A DNA stretch of 64,000 nt. Source: Chlorokybus atmophyticus (lineage: Eukaryota; Plantae; Mesostigma and Chlorokybus algae). This document shows positions 1 to 12,296 of this stretch, one piece after another (the first letter of the stretch is position 1; every line of letters begins with the position of its first letter). The position numbers were made by a program, and so were the translations under genes. Location of the stretch: NCBI GenBank assembly GCA_009103225.1, contig RHPI01002368.1, forward strand, positions 896,974 through 960,973. Direction: 5' to 3'. The notes below the pieces were generated by a model that saw only the letters and a list, made by a program, of their open reading frames with translations, did not search any database and was not told the DNA's origin.

Positions 1-617
1 ACAAAGGCTATGTGCACAACGTTCATCCATGTGCCATAATGTCATATACATGATTATTATACACATAAATGGCATGTACCTCCTCCCATCGCAGTGACAT
101 TTGCTGTCATAGCTTAGTAGTCGAAGCGCCGGTTACGTTACACGTGCGTGCAACGCACATGCGCATTCATGCTTGTTATTATATGTTGCCGTGTACAACC
201 TTTTGCAATCGATTTATATAGTATATTACATGCTGATATTTCCTTTGCATGATACAAGGCCTTTCTCACAACTTGAGTAAGCAACTTTAAACATTTTGTG
301 TTGTCATGGTTTCAAAGCCAATTGAAAAACGGTCGCAACAACTACCGTATTTACTCCATGACAGTCCCCCCCTTTTTATACAATCCCCCCCTCGAATTTG
401 CCGGGGGGACTGTATTTAAGGGAGGACTCTGCTAGGCGTGGGGGATACTATTGTGTAGGAGTAGTTACAGGTAAATGGCAATTGGACTTTCACGTTACGC
501 TTTCAAACGAAATTCCTCTTTCAACGCGTATTAGCGCCAACTGCGCCACACAGGAGTTCATTTTGGCGGGCAAACTGCGCAGCAGAGGCGGCGGTATTGG
601 CGCTCTTATGCGACGCC

Positions 618-1995
618 ATGACGTCTATGAGCAGGGCGACTAGGCATGCAGTCCAAGCACGCCTGGAGAGGGAAGCCAAGGAGGCGGAGGAGGCAGCAAA
701 GCTAGCAGCGGAAGCCGCCGCTAGAGCTCGAGCAGCTGCTGCAGCGGCTTTAGCTTCGGCTGCTGCAGCGGCTCAAGATGCTGGGCAGCGATCCGATGGC
801 GTCAACAAGCGAGTTAACGCGGCACGTCGTACCAATGGCGTCCAGCGGCGTTACAAAAGACGGGCATTCACCATCTTTCACAAGGTACAGTAGTTGAACG
901 CCTGTATGTTAGTGTTTGTGCTCGCATGTAACAGAGTGGGGTTGTTGTTGTCATTATCGTTGTCGTTGTTTGTACTTGCATGAGACAAAGTAGGTTGTTG
1001 TTGTCGTTGTTGGTGCTTGCATGTAGCAGGGTAGTTTGTCGCTGTCATTCTCTGTGCTATAATGTTAACGAACAATGTAAGCAGCATGAGTTGCAGTAGT
1101 ATGTATGTATCTGATTGTTGTATTTGAATGTCAAGATATGGCTGAAGCTATGTGAGTAATAGTAGTTTGTCTGCTTGTACATGTTGTTGTTGTGTTGGTT
1201 ATTATGCTGGCATGCCAACAGTAGCAGTTGACAATTCTGTTATGCTGATGCAGAGAAAGTTCTTAGCCCTAGCGAAGCAAATGAGAATTAAAAAGACTGA
1301 GCGTGAGACTAGCATTCACGCGAAGTCGTTGAGAGAATGGATCACGAAAAAGCTGGACATTCGAGCAGCATGTGCTACCTCCTATCGACTGAAGGGTGGG
1401 GGTCGCGCCATAGCCTACCCCGAGCTTGACACGCTGGTGTACGACTGAATTGTAAGCATGCGATACAAAGACAACGCTGTCACGCAGCTAATGATTCAAG
1501 CAAGTGTCTTACCAATGCTGATTGTACAAGCATGTGAAGTCACATGTGCCTGCGATTGGATAGTTGTGGAATGTGGTAGTATTGTGTGACGGCTGATGCT
1601 GTGCATATTGCAGCGTGTGGCGCGCAAGCTGGTAGCCGACCATAACGAGAAGGTGGTGGAGGAGCAGCAAGAAGAGGATGATGTGAATGGCAACAATAGT
1701 CAGGGGACTGCAAAGACCTGGCTTTTGAAGGTTTTATTGACTTGGGTTGTACGCTTTATGTGTCGCTTTGCTGTGGCTGTGCGTGTTTGCACAAAGGTAG
1801 GTAGGGCAGAAGTTGCCCGCTGATTTAGCCTTAAAGATAGAAGGGCATCAGACATACATCACTCTCATGCGAGAGCGTCATCACTATGCTGCGTCCGGGG
1901 TGTTGAACATGGATGAAGTTCCAATGGTGGTTGACTTGCCGAGTGCGCGTACGGTTACTCAAGCGGGGTCACGAACAGTTTCCAACCGCACAACT
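618..1995 (+). pseudogene. pogo transposase N-terminal part: Ala-rich leader, HTH and CENP-B-type HTH DNA-binding domains, first catalytic Asp
   Basis: RRAFTIFHK|..RKFLALAKQMRIKKTERETSIHAKSLREW; GGGRAIAYPELDTLVYD*IVSMRYKDNAVTQLMIQ (CENP-B HTH with an in-frame TGA); KLPADL..VLNMDEVPMVVDLP..TVSNRTT. Apparent spliceosomal introns (GT at ~886, GC at ~1500). Disrupted by a stop, a 4-bp duplication frameshift near 1800 and an insertion at 1995. Confidence 0.8.
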
Positions 1996-3581
1996 CGTGG
2001 CAAATTTTACACGGTGACTGACCAGGGACCGAGGGACTGACGAGTGCCTGACCCTACCTGACCGTACCTAACCCTAACGACTTGGGCCATAAAGGGACTG
2101 ACTGGACTGCCAGTGTATATTGTGGATAACAATTAACGGCCGATGGCCTATTGTACAATATAATGGACTGCTGCCTGCCTGTCATGACCTGCTTGTAATA
2201 TATGTCGACGGCCGACCGCCGGTCGTATAGCACCCGCGGCGGCGACCTACCTGTTATGGCAATAAAGTCACCTCTCAGTCCCTCAATTTTGATGAATGAT
2301 ACGGAATATTTTCGTAGTTAATACGACCGACCGCCGATCGTATAGCATTTTGCGACGGTGATGTTTTAAAAATGGCAAGCAAGTGACTTATCAGTTCCAA
2401 CTTAGGGACGAGCAGTGGCGGTGAGTTGGGACAAGTACCGATGTATAATACGATGGAAGTTTTGTCTGAAGACAATGGTACGATCGTACCATCGATATGG
2501 TACAGCAATACCATTACAATGGTACCATTGTATTGGTACTTATACTATTAAAATGGTACGATCGCACCATCGTAATGGTGCGATGGTGTCATAAGGGAAA
2601 CTGTTCAGTTTTTAAACTCAACGGCCCCCTTGTGAATTCAAACGCTAAGCCGCAACACAATGCTCAACCGTGCAAGTTGACTTGCGCAGTTGAGCGTTGT
2701 GTTGCTGCTGCTGCGGCGGCGGCGGCGGCAGGTATTTGCTTGTGTGCTTGTGCATGTCTTGTCGTGTAGTGCGCAGCAGCGCAGCCTGACCGCTCTTCTA
2801 CCCTTGGTGTTGCAGGCCACCAGGCCAGGCCAGGCGGCGGCGACGGCGACGGCGGCCGCCAGCAGGTGCGATGTTGTTGTTGTGGTAGTGGTGGTGGTGG
2901 TGGTGTGTATATAATGTGTTGCGCCGCCCTAGCTGACCACCCCTTTTTCCTTAGGACGGCCAGGAGGACGGCTAGGAGGGCGGAAGCAGCAGGCAAGCGG
3001 CAGCACAAGACTTAGCGGCGGCAGACTGTAGTGTAGTAGGTAGTACTACTACCATAGTAGTGTAGTAGTATACCGTAGTATGTTAGCAGTGGGGCTTGTA
3101 CTGTGTAGGTGACATGTATATGACTGTGATGTAATCAAGTTGTGATATATGATTGCCGTCTTGCACAGGCGATGTCACACAAACGCGGTACCTACTCATC
3201 ACTGACGGTACTCTAAGGTACCGTTAGTCATAACTAGGTACCTGGCAGTTAGGGACGGTTACCACAAAGTTGCCGATACCTAACTGATAAATACCGGTAA
3301 AATACCTGTTACTTAGGCTAAGTCACCTTTGCTTGCCTGATAGGTATCTTACAGGCACCGGCTAGTTAGATCAAGTCCCTTTTGCTTGACTGATAAGTAC
3401 CTGACAGGTGCCTGTCCGTCTAGATCAGTCCCTTTGTGTAAACGGCTAGGGATGGCCGTTATACTTAGGACTCTGTATCCAGATTACATGTGGACTGAGC
3501 CACGACAGTCTCAATAAGTATTCTCAGGTGCACGGCCGTCACCAGTATTTAATCGGACGGCAGGGGAAACATTTTGCGACG
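1996..3581. mobile_element. Non-autonomous DNA element of unknown superfamily, imperfect 13-bp TIRs, 2-bp CT target duplication
   Basis: Removing 1996-3581 plus one CT copy restores transposase ACA ACT GGC ATC GAG AAG (TTGIEK). Left end CGTGGCAAATTTT; right end reverse complement CGTCGCAAAATGT. CT lies at 1994-1995 and 3582-3583. Dense subterminal short repeats; no long ORF. Confidence 0.7.
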
Positions 3582-4198
3582 CTGGCATCGAGAAGAAGGC
3601 ACTTACCATTGTGTGAGCTTGCGCTTTGGATGGCACCAAGCTGCCTCCGATGCTCATCTTAAAGAGCAAGACAATATACCACAAGATCAAAAAGTGCCAG
3701 ATGGCATGATCGTTTGGGCAAACGCCAAGGGGTGGATGGACGAGGGCCATGTCAACGAATGGGTGCAGCAAGTGCTGCGCAAAAGACCCAAGCGCGTGTT
3801 CAGCACAAGGGCGCTTCTGCTTTGGGACAGCTTCTCCGCACACTTGTGCCAATCTGTCAAGGAAGCAGTGCAGCAAGTCAGTGTTGACATGGCCGTCATT
3901 CCAGGAGGCTGCACTCCAGTGCTACAACCTCTTGATGTTAGCGTGACCAAGCCATTCAAAGACATGCTGTGAGCCAAGGCAAGTGCTGGTGTGGGTGGTG
4001 CAGAGTGTAGTGGTTGTGTAAGTCATGTGATCTCATGTTAGCACTGACATCTTATGTGCGCAGTGGGCATTTTGTATGGCAAGCGACAGCAACCATTCGT
4101 ACACAGCCGGCGGCAACCTTCGCCATGTGGATTGGTCCACTTTGTTGCAATGGGTGGCCGAGTGTTGGGCTGAGTTGAACGTTCGTATCATCCACAAT
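3582..4198 (+). pseudogene. pogo transposase DDE_1 catalytic domain
   Basis: GIEKKALTIV*ACALDGTKLPPMLILK; ANAKGWMDEGHVNEW; LLLWDSFSAH..IPGGCTPVLQPLDVSVTKPFK, with 35 residues between the second and third Asp; TAGGNLR..LLQWVAECWAEL. Interrupted at 4199 by an LTR element. Confidence 0.9.
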
Positions 4199-4272
4199 TG
4201 TAACGGGTACATTAATTACAATAAACCGACCATAAAAGCATCAAGTCTTTTGTGGTCGAGTGGGCTATAACA
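4199..4272 (+). repeat. Short (74 bp) 5' LTR-like segment, TG...CA, followed by a PBS-like motif
   Basis: TGTAACGGG...GCTATAACA, then T, then TGGTATTAAGGAGC. It does not align with the LTR at 15195 beyond the first 9 bp. Confidence 0.5.
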
Positions 4273-5129
4273 TTGGTATTAAGGAGCTGGGGTTGACGTG
4301 GGTATTTATGGGGGGCGGCAACCTGCTCTCGGCCAATCAGAAGGCGATGGCGGCGGCCTCCTATCCGTCCACGTAGCCCAAGCTTCAAGTTAGCTTCCCT
4401 GCGCTACCTCAATGTTGAAGCCACCCATTAAAGAGGCGGCCTCTCCACGTGTGAGGTACCATCACACACGTCGGTAACTTGCCTGCTTGCCAGCTGTTTG
4501 CCAGGTGCTTGCCAAGTGCACGTGTGTATTTTCATGCACACTATTTAGTGACTTGCCAGTGCATGAGTGCGGCTTGCTAGTGTGCCATCACTGCTTGTCA
4601 CACTTTGTGCACTATCATTGCTTGCAGTGATTGCATGTCATTGCATGCGGTGATTGCTTGTCATTGTGCTTGCCAATGCATGTCACAGTTGGTCACGGTA
4701 CGGCTTGCCTGTTGCATGCCTGTGGCTTGCCTGTTGCATGCTTGTGACGTACCTGTGACCTGCCAGCTGCTTTTCTGTATTGCTTCACCCGGGTCCGCAG
4801 GTTCCGAACCAAGCTGTTTCCAAACCCTCCCCCTCTGGCTTCGGCCTGGAGATTGGGACTTGGTTGAGGACAACACAGGGTTAGGACATTCTGGTCCCAT
4901 TTAGGCTTGTTCTGTTTGGTGACACTCCAAACCCAACCTTTCCTTGTTTTGGGACTGGTTTGGACTCTGTCTTTGACTTTTACAACTTAAGGTCATTTTG
5001 ATCCTCTCGTTGCACCTAGTCCATTGGTGAGGTTCCCATTCCATTTTGCCTGTTTTGTGGACAAATGGAAGAGGACTAGGTGCCCACCTTAAAAGAGGAA
5101 AGCTCGCAATAAGAGCAATTATCCCGTGA

Positions 5130-7943
5130 GGAGGAGTTTCCATCCATGGAGGATATTTCCAACCCGGATGATGCACTTGATGAGTCTCATGCTGCTAAGG
5201 ATGTGGATTCCTTGGTGGAACTAGACCGGCCACCACCACCACCATCATTCGTGCAGCCTGAACTTCAACTCGCTTGACAAAACAGGAGTTGATGGACCAC
5301 TTTCTTGGCACATATGATGAGGAGCCTCGTGAGGCGATTGTCTCGCTCGTCAACTTCCTCTTTCATGTGGCGAAAAAGATCTCAAAGCTCACCACCTTTA
5401 TGGGGCGAGATTGGGAGGGATCGATGGGTGAAGGTAGACTTATTCTGAACATGATCGAGCGCCTTTAACGCTTTGACAGTGGTCCACCTGTTCAGGCGCT
5501 CGCCCAACCTGCCGAGTTTGTTCCCAACAAACAAGCGGCAATTTTCGACTGGCTCGTGAAGCTGAGACACTATGTCAACTCCCTTCACATTTCTGAGGAG
5601 GGGAAGTTGCGTGTAGCTGAGTTGCTTGCTGATCCCAAACGATGCTTTGGCAGAGTGGTACCGCCGTTAGCAACGTGATACGAACCTTGGGCGGGAACTG
5701 AATCAGTTGTACTCTTTTATGGAACAGCGCTATGGTGGCGCAGATCTCGCCCACGTTGCTCGCAACCAGCTGCACAATCTGCAATTGGGGAGGTGAAGGG
5801 GCGTTTTGTTATTAACAGCCACAAGACTCGACCAGCTTTCATCGTGGTGGATATAGGTATCCCCGGGGTGGATGTTCTTTGGGTGAACAGTAGCACACCG
5901 AAGCAGGTTTGCAATTGGACTCTCGAGCAAATACGTGCACCCTTCGTAAGGGTAAACGTAAGGGGACGTTAACCGCACTTGTACTCGCACGTGTTGCTCG
6001 CGACAATGCTCCGCTCCTCTCTGCTATGCAACTGAAACGTTGCATGCGTAAACATGAGGAAGTATAGTTGATGCACTTACGACAGGTAGAGACACTTGTT
6101 AACAGGCCGTAATTGACCCTGTGGTGCAATCACTTACGGAACAATACGCAGATGTATTTCAGGATGAACTCCCGGAGTTGCCTTCTGATAGAAACATACA
6201 TCATACCATTCCGTTGGAAGAGGGGGCAAAGCCACCTTGGCGGCCTATTTATAGGCTAAGTCCCTTAGAACACGCGAAAATGGAAAAACATCTCAAAGAG
6301 TTATTGGACAAAGGTTTAATAACAAAGAGCATATCTCCTTTTGGTGCACCAATTTTATTTGTGCCAAAAAAGAATGGCAAGCTATGCATGTGTATTGATT
6401 ACCGTGCGTTGAACAAGGTAACTGTGAAAAACAAATACCCTTTGCCTTGGATTGATAATTTGTTGGATAAGCTGTCAGGTGCAACAGTGTTCAGCACACT
6501 GGATTTGACCAGTAGTTATCATCAAATGAAAATCCACCTGTCATATATACGAAAAACTGCATTTCGCACCCCACTAGGACACTTTGAGTATAAAGTGTTA
6601 CCATTTGGGTTAACAAATGCACCAGCTACATTTGAGGCAGCAATGTACGCGGTATTTGCTGATGAATTGTACAAGTTTGTATTGGTATATCTTAACGACA
6701 TTATTGTGTTCAGCAAAACCCGGGAGAAACACCACAAGCATGTGGAATTGGTCTAAGCTAAGTTACGCAAACACAAATTCTATGCCGACCTGTGCAAATG
6801 CAACTTTGCAAAGGATGAACTACCCTTTTAGGGGCATGTGATTGGCAAAGAAGGATGAAAACCAGATCCTCAAAAGGTGTGTGCGGTGAAGGATTGGCCA
6901 CCACCCAGGGATGTACATCACTTACGTGCTTTCTTGGGGCTAGCCAATTATTTGCGCAAGTTCATGCGAGCATATTCTAGCATGGCAAATCCTTTAACAT
7001 CTTTACTCAGAAAGGATGTTAAATTTGTGTGGATGGAGGCACACGAGGTTGCTTTTACACATAATAAATATGCATTAACACAAGCCCCTGTGTTACCCTT
7101 CCCCGACCACCAAACCTTTTGTGGTGATCAGTGATGCTTCCACCATTGGGTGTGGGGCAGTCCTTCTACAGGATGACAGACCATGTGCGTATGAAAGCAG
7201 AAAGTTCATTCTTGCGGAACGTAATTACACAACCATTGAGCAAGAATTGCTCGGGGTGGTGCACGCGCTGCGCACATGGCGTTGCTACTTGGAAGGTGTG
7301 GAGTTTTCAGTGACTACTGATCACAACCCGCTTACATTCTTTCATACGCAACAGAACCCGTCGAGGCGGCAATTTTGGTGGAATGAATTCATTTCTCGTT
7401 TCACTTTCACTTGGCAATACCGTCCGGGTCGCACCAATGTGGCGGATCCACTAAGTCGTAGCCCTGCTCTTTTGGCACTTACGCGCTTTCGAAGTACGCG
7501 TAATGTGCAACAGCCTGAAGATCCTTTCCTAAAGGAAGTGTCCACAGGTTATAACTTAAATGATTTGTTTAGCGGTCAAACCAACTTGCAACAGCTTACT
7601 GCTTACTGTTAGCAATCTGTGGTATAAAGGGGAGCAGTTGGCAATTTTCAACTTGGGCGACTTGCGTAAGCAATGCTTACATTCAGTGCATAACCCGCCG
7701 TATGGTGGGCATTTGGGGAAACACAAAACACTCAAAGCTGCGCAACAGCTGTATTGGTGGCCGTCAATTTCAGCTGATGTGGATCAATATGTTCGCACAT
7801 GTGACGTGTGTCAACGTAATAAGCCACTACGACAAAAACAAGCGGGATTGCTTAAGCCATTGGTAATTCCAAAACAAAAGTGGGACAGTGTCAGTATGGA
7901 TCTGATTATTGACCTACCTAAAACAGCAGCCAAATACACTGCT
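5130..7943 (+). pseudogene. pol: Gypsy gag (5' part), protease C-half, RT, RNase H and integrase N-terminus, with many stops and frameshifts
   Basis: gag: DWLVKLRHYV..ARNQLHNLQLG. Protease C-half: FIVVDIGIPGVDVL. RT: PWRPIYRLSP, CMCIDYRALNK, VYLNDIIVFS. RNase H: SDASTIGCGAVL, EQELLGVVHALRTWRCYL. Integrase zinc finger: HNPPYGGH..CDVC. Confidence 0.9.
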
Positions 7944-8585
7944 TGTAACGATGCTCGTGCTCACATACACAGCACACAAGTCATACAACACATGTGTGCA
8001 GCTGAGCACAATCTTCACACCGGAACCTTGCCTTCACTTGCGCACGCACGCACGCGTCGAGCGCGCACACGCACACGAACACTACTACTTCTCACGCCAA
8101 GCAAGAACGCAGCAGTGTGCCTTGGACCACAACTCCCTCAAGCATACACCAGCATACTCACAGCAGAGAGCAGAAAACAAAGTTGGTTGCATTACACAGG
8201 GTTTTTCTATTTATACAAGCACTAGGAAGAAATAGCCTAATTAACAGGCATTTCATTATTCACTACCAAATCTAAAGGCAGGTCCAAGTGCCGGCTCCCC
8301 GCCACGCGCGTTGGGCCTTCGGCGGCTGTGTGACTGTGCAGTCCGCGTCACCTGGCACTGCACAGCGCGTGTCCAGTCAGCGGCTGTGTCACAACCGCGT
8401 GGCAGGTGGGTCACGTCGCCGAGTTAGCTGCTGTCGAGCAGGTCGCAGGCGAGTCGCGCGCGACAGCAGGGGCAGGCGCCACATGGGCTTAATAAAGCTC
8501 ATAAAAGCCTTCATCAAGCCAGCAAAAAAGGCAAAATAAATACTTTATGTACAATAAAATACAAAAAATGCCCCAGGCTGTTACA
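7944..8585 (-). repeat. 3' LTR of the inner chromovirus
   Basis: Direct repeat of 13404-14045; preceded on the minus strand by the PPT GGGGGGGAAGGGG (8586-8598). Confidence 0.97.
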
Positions 8586-11500
8586 CCCCTTCCCCCCCGG
8601 GGGAGCTTCGTTCTCGAAGCTGACGACTGCCTCCTCTGGCCTTGTAGTCTTGCAAGACCTGTTTGGCATTGGTAAAGCTCTCCTTGGGCTCGTATGTCGC
8701 CTCGTGCATTGGATAGCCACGCCACTTCACCAAATACTTGCGCACGCCTCGGACCAGCTTGTCCGTGACAATTGCTTCCACTTCCCACTCAGCCTCACCT
8801 TCACGAACCACATCTAAAGGCGGACGAGCTGGTGGCTCCCCTCGATAACCTTTAAGAAGCGAGACATGAAAAATAGGGTGCACATGCATGGTATTGGGCA
8901 GCTGCAGCTTGTAGGCCACCTTCGAGATGACCTTGATCACTTTAAAGGGCCCAAACCATCGCTCACTTAGCTTGCGCACCCCCGTGACCAGCTGCACATG
9001 CTAGGTTGAAAGCATTACAAGGTCACCCTCCTCGAACACAACATCCTTGCGACGCGCATCGGCGTATCGCTTTTGCCGGTTTTGCGCCACAAGCAGAGCC
9101 TCTCGAGCTGCCTTGGTAATGTCGGCACACCTTTCAAGAAAGCCGTCCACGGCCTCCACATCTGAACTTTGCATGCTAGGCACCCACGCCGTCAATGGCG
9201 TCAATGGATGTTGCCCATAGTTCATAAGGAAAGGTGTCACGCCCGTGCTTGCACTCTTGTGGTTGTTAATGGTGAACTCAATCAGCTCCAGCATGTCTCC
9301 CCAATTGTCTTGGCGGCTGTTCACATAGCACCGTAGCATGTCTTCGATGACGCGGTTGGCGCGCTCCGTTTGGCCGTCCGTTTCAGGGTGGTACGCGGTG
9401 CTGAACTTCAAGCTCGTGCCTAGAGTTGCGTGGAAAGCTCTCCAAAAGTTGCCAGTAAACCGCGGGTCTCTATCACTGATAATGCTTCTTAAAAGGCCAT
9501 GAGAGCGCACCACATGCTTGATGAACAACTTGGCAGCCTCGGGAGCTGTGCAAGTCTCCGTACATGGCGCCAATCGCACCATTTTGCTAGTCTTGTCCAC
9601 AAACACCAAGATAGCATCATGCCCTTCACGTGTCCGTGGCAGCCCCGTGATGAAGTCAAGAGTAACTTGCTCCCGATTCGTCAAAGGTATCGGCAATGGT
9701 TGGAGCAGCCCACTGGCGCATTTATTGCTCGCCTTCACCCTTTGACAAGTGTCGCACAATGCCACATAGTCCTTAACGTCACGATGCATCTCCGACCAGA
9801 AAAATTTCTGTTTCAACAAGGCTAGTGTCCGTTCCAGCCCTTGATGACCAGCCATTGGCACATCATGCGCTTCCTTCATCAATGCCACGCGCATGTGCGC
9901 AATGTTGGGTATGTACATGCGATCGCCATGCCATAGCAGCCCGTCCTTCAATGCCCAAAGGCCGCTATGTTCAGTCCCATTCTCCAACGCCTCAATGGTC
10001 TTCTCCCCCACCGCGTCCTCATGCAATAAGGCACGGATCTGGTCAAGCCACTTGGGCTGCACTTGCACCACCGTTTCAAGCGCGTTGAGTTGACGGCTTA
10101 ATGCGTCCGCAACCTTATTTGAACCTTCACTTCAAAGTTGAAGAGTTGGAAGAACTCGAGCCAACGAGCTTGCCGCCGTGAGAGGTGAGGCTGCGTTTGA
10201 AGGTACCTTAATGGCGAGTGGTCCGTCTCAAGTGTGAACCGCTTGCCTTCAAGGAAACAACGCCATTGCCGTAGCGCTAGCACCTGCGCCAGCAATTCCT
10301 TCTCATGAACGGGGTAGTTGAGCTCAGCCCCGCTCATCTTCTTGCTGAAATAGGCCACCGGTTGCAAGCCGTTGCCGTGATCCTGCTGCAAAACAGCCCC
10401 AATAGCCTTGTCGGACGCATCACACGCCACCACAAAGGGCAATTGCATGTTGGGATGCAGCAGCACGGGAGCCGATGTCAGGGCCTCTTTCAAGTTGGAA
10501 AATGCCTTTGTTGCAGCCTCCGATCAGCTCCAAGCCACCCCCTTCCTCAACAATGCCGTCAATGGTGCCGCCAAGTGCGAAAAGCCCTTTACAAACTTAC
10601 GATAGTAGCCGGCAAGCCCTAGGAACGACATGACACCCTTCACGTCCTTCGGGGCAGCCCAATCGCGCACCGCGGCAAGCTTGCTTGGATCTGCCTTGAT
10701 TCCTTGCTTGGATACAATGTGGCCAAGGTATTCTACCTCTTCAAGCAAGAAGCGGCACTTGTTGAGCTGAGCAAACAACTTGTGTGTACGTAAACGCTGC
10801 ATCACCTCGTGTAGCAATGCCACGTGCTCTCTCTTGCTCTTTGTGTACACAAGGATGTCGTCGAGGTACACTAGCACGCCCTTGCCAATCAGATCAGCAA
10901 AGACCTCATTCATCAAGGTTTGAAAGGTTGCCGGAGCATTTGTCATGCCAAAGGACATCACCAACCACTCATAGTGGCCATAGCGAGTGTTGAAAGCCGT
11001 CTTCTCAACGTCTTCGGGCGCAACACGGATCTGATGGTAGCCACCAGCTAGGTCCAAGCTTGAGAAGAACTCAGCACCCTCGAGCTGCTCCAACAACTCA
11101 TCAATGCGTGGCAAAGGGAACACATTCTTCTTGGTGATGTTGTTGAGTGGCCGATAGTCGATGCACATGCGCAAGGCTCCGCTCTTCTTACGTACAAATA
11201 TGATAGGTGCACCATAAGGAGACTTGCTGTGCCTGATGTACCCACGTTGTAGAAGGTCCTCGACTTGGCTCCTCGCCTCTTCGAGTTCAGCCGGAGACAA
11301 CTTGTACACCGGTCGGTACGGCGGCTTGTGCACGCCCTCTATCAGTTCCACACGGTGATCAACACTTCGCGTGGGTGGCAGACCAGCTGGTAGCCCATCC
11401 ACCATGACGTCTTTGAACTCTTCAAGCAACCTCTGCACCTCGGGGTCCTTCGAACTCTCCGAACCAGTGCCGACCAGCTCCAAGTCCGACTTGGGAGGTG

Positions 11501-12296
11501 TCTCACGCACCATGCACAGCCATGCATCCTTCACATTGTTCCCGGACCAGATCTGCTCCATCTTGGTCTTAGAAACTTGTGACACCAGCTCTGGAACCCC
11601 TCCCCTTGAGCTAGAAGCATGTTGTGGTGCAGCTTGCTGGCGCGCCGTCGTGTCGTGCGCGTCACGCGCATGCAGCACATTGCTAGCAGCCTCGACGCAG
11701 CTCACACGCTCTTGAACCACACACGCGCCTTGCATTGAAGCATTGAAGCACATCAAAACCTCACCACCAGCTTCCGGGGTAGTGAGCACCCGCTTCCTCC
11801 AATCAATGGCGGGGTTATGTGACCAAAGCCAAGGCAGCCCCAAAATGCCATCAAAGCCGTTGTTCAGCTCGATGCAGCAAAACCGTAGGCGATCCTTCAT
11901 CATCCCCACGTGCATTTCAAGCTCTTTGCTTTGCTTGGAAGCTCCTCCTGCTGGCGCATAGCCGTCCGCTAGAGCCACCGAGCCGGCATTTGCCCATGAC
12001 AACCACTTGTGCCGACGCGCAACCTCACGACTCATGAAATTGCTGTTCGCGCCGCAATCCACCAGCATCTTGCACTCCATCCATGGCCCATTGCCCTCAC
12101 GGATCAGAGCCATGACTCCCAACAGCTGCCTCGCCTTGTCGGGCACTCGAACCATACCGCTTTGCGTTGCCGTTGCGCACATGCCGCCAACCGTCAACAA
12201 CGCTTCCACGCCAGCCGCTGGACATTCAACATCATAGTGAGGCTGCATCACCACCTCAGCAGGAGCCTCTCCAGCTACTGAGGTGAGCCGTTTCCC
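8581..12296 (-). pseudogene. pol: Pol: protease, RT, RNase H, integrase, chromodomain; three lesions
   Basis: LVDCGANSNF (protease), YLDDILVY (RT), CDASDKAIGAVL (RNase H), H..H/C..C and FTGNFW (integrase), EWEVEAIV..YLVKWRGY (chromodomain). Lesions: in-frame TGA at 10526-10524, a small frameshifting deletion near 10125, and in-frame TAG at 9003-9001. The natural stop TAA overlaps the TGTAA start of the 3' LTR. Confidence 0.93.
12252..12296 (-). promoter_or_regulatory. Predicted -1 ribosomal frameshift signal (G GGA AAC plus downstream stem-loop)
   Basis: Heptamer GGGAAAC at 12296-12290 is phased correctly in the gag frame. A 4-nt spacer precedes the stem CACCUCAG/CUGAGGUG. The -1 frame is open into pol. 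Confidence 0.75.
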
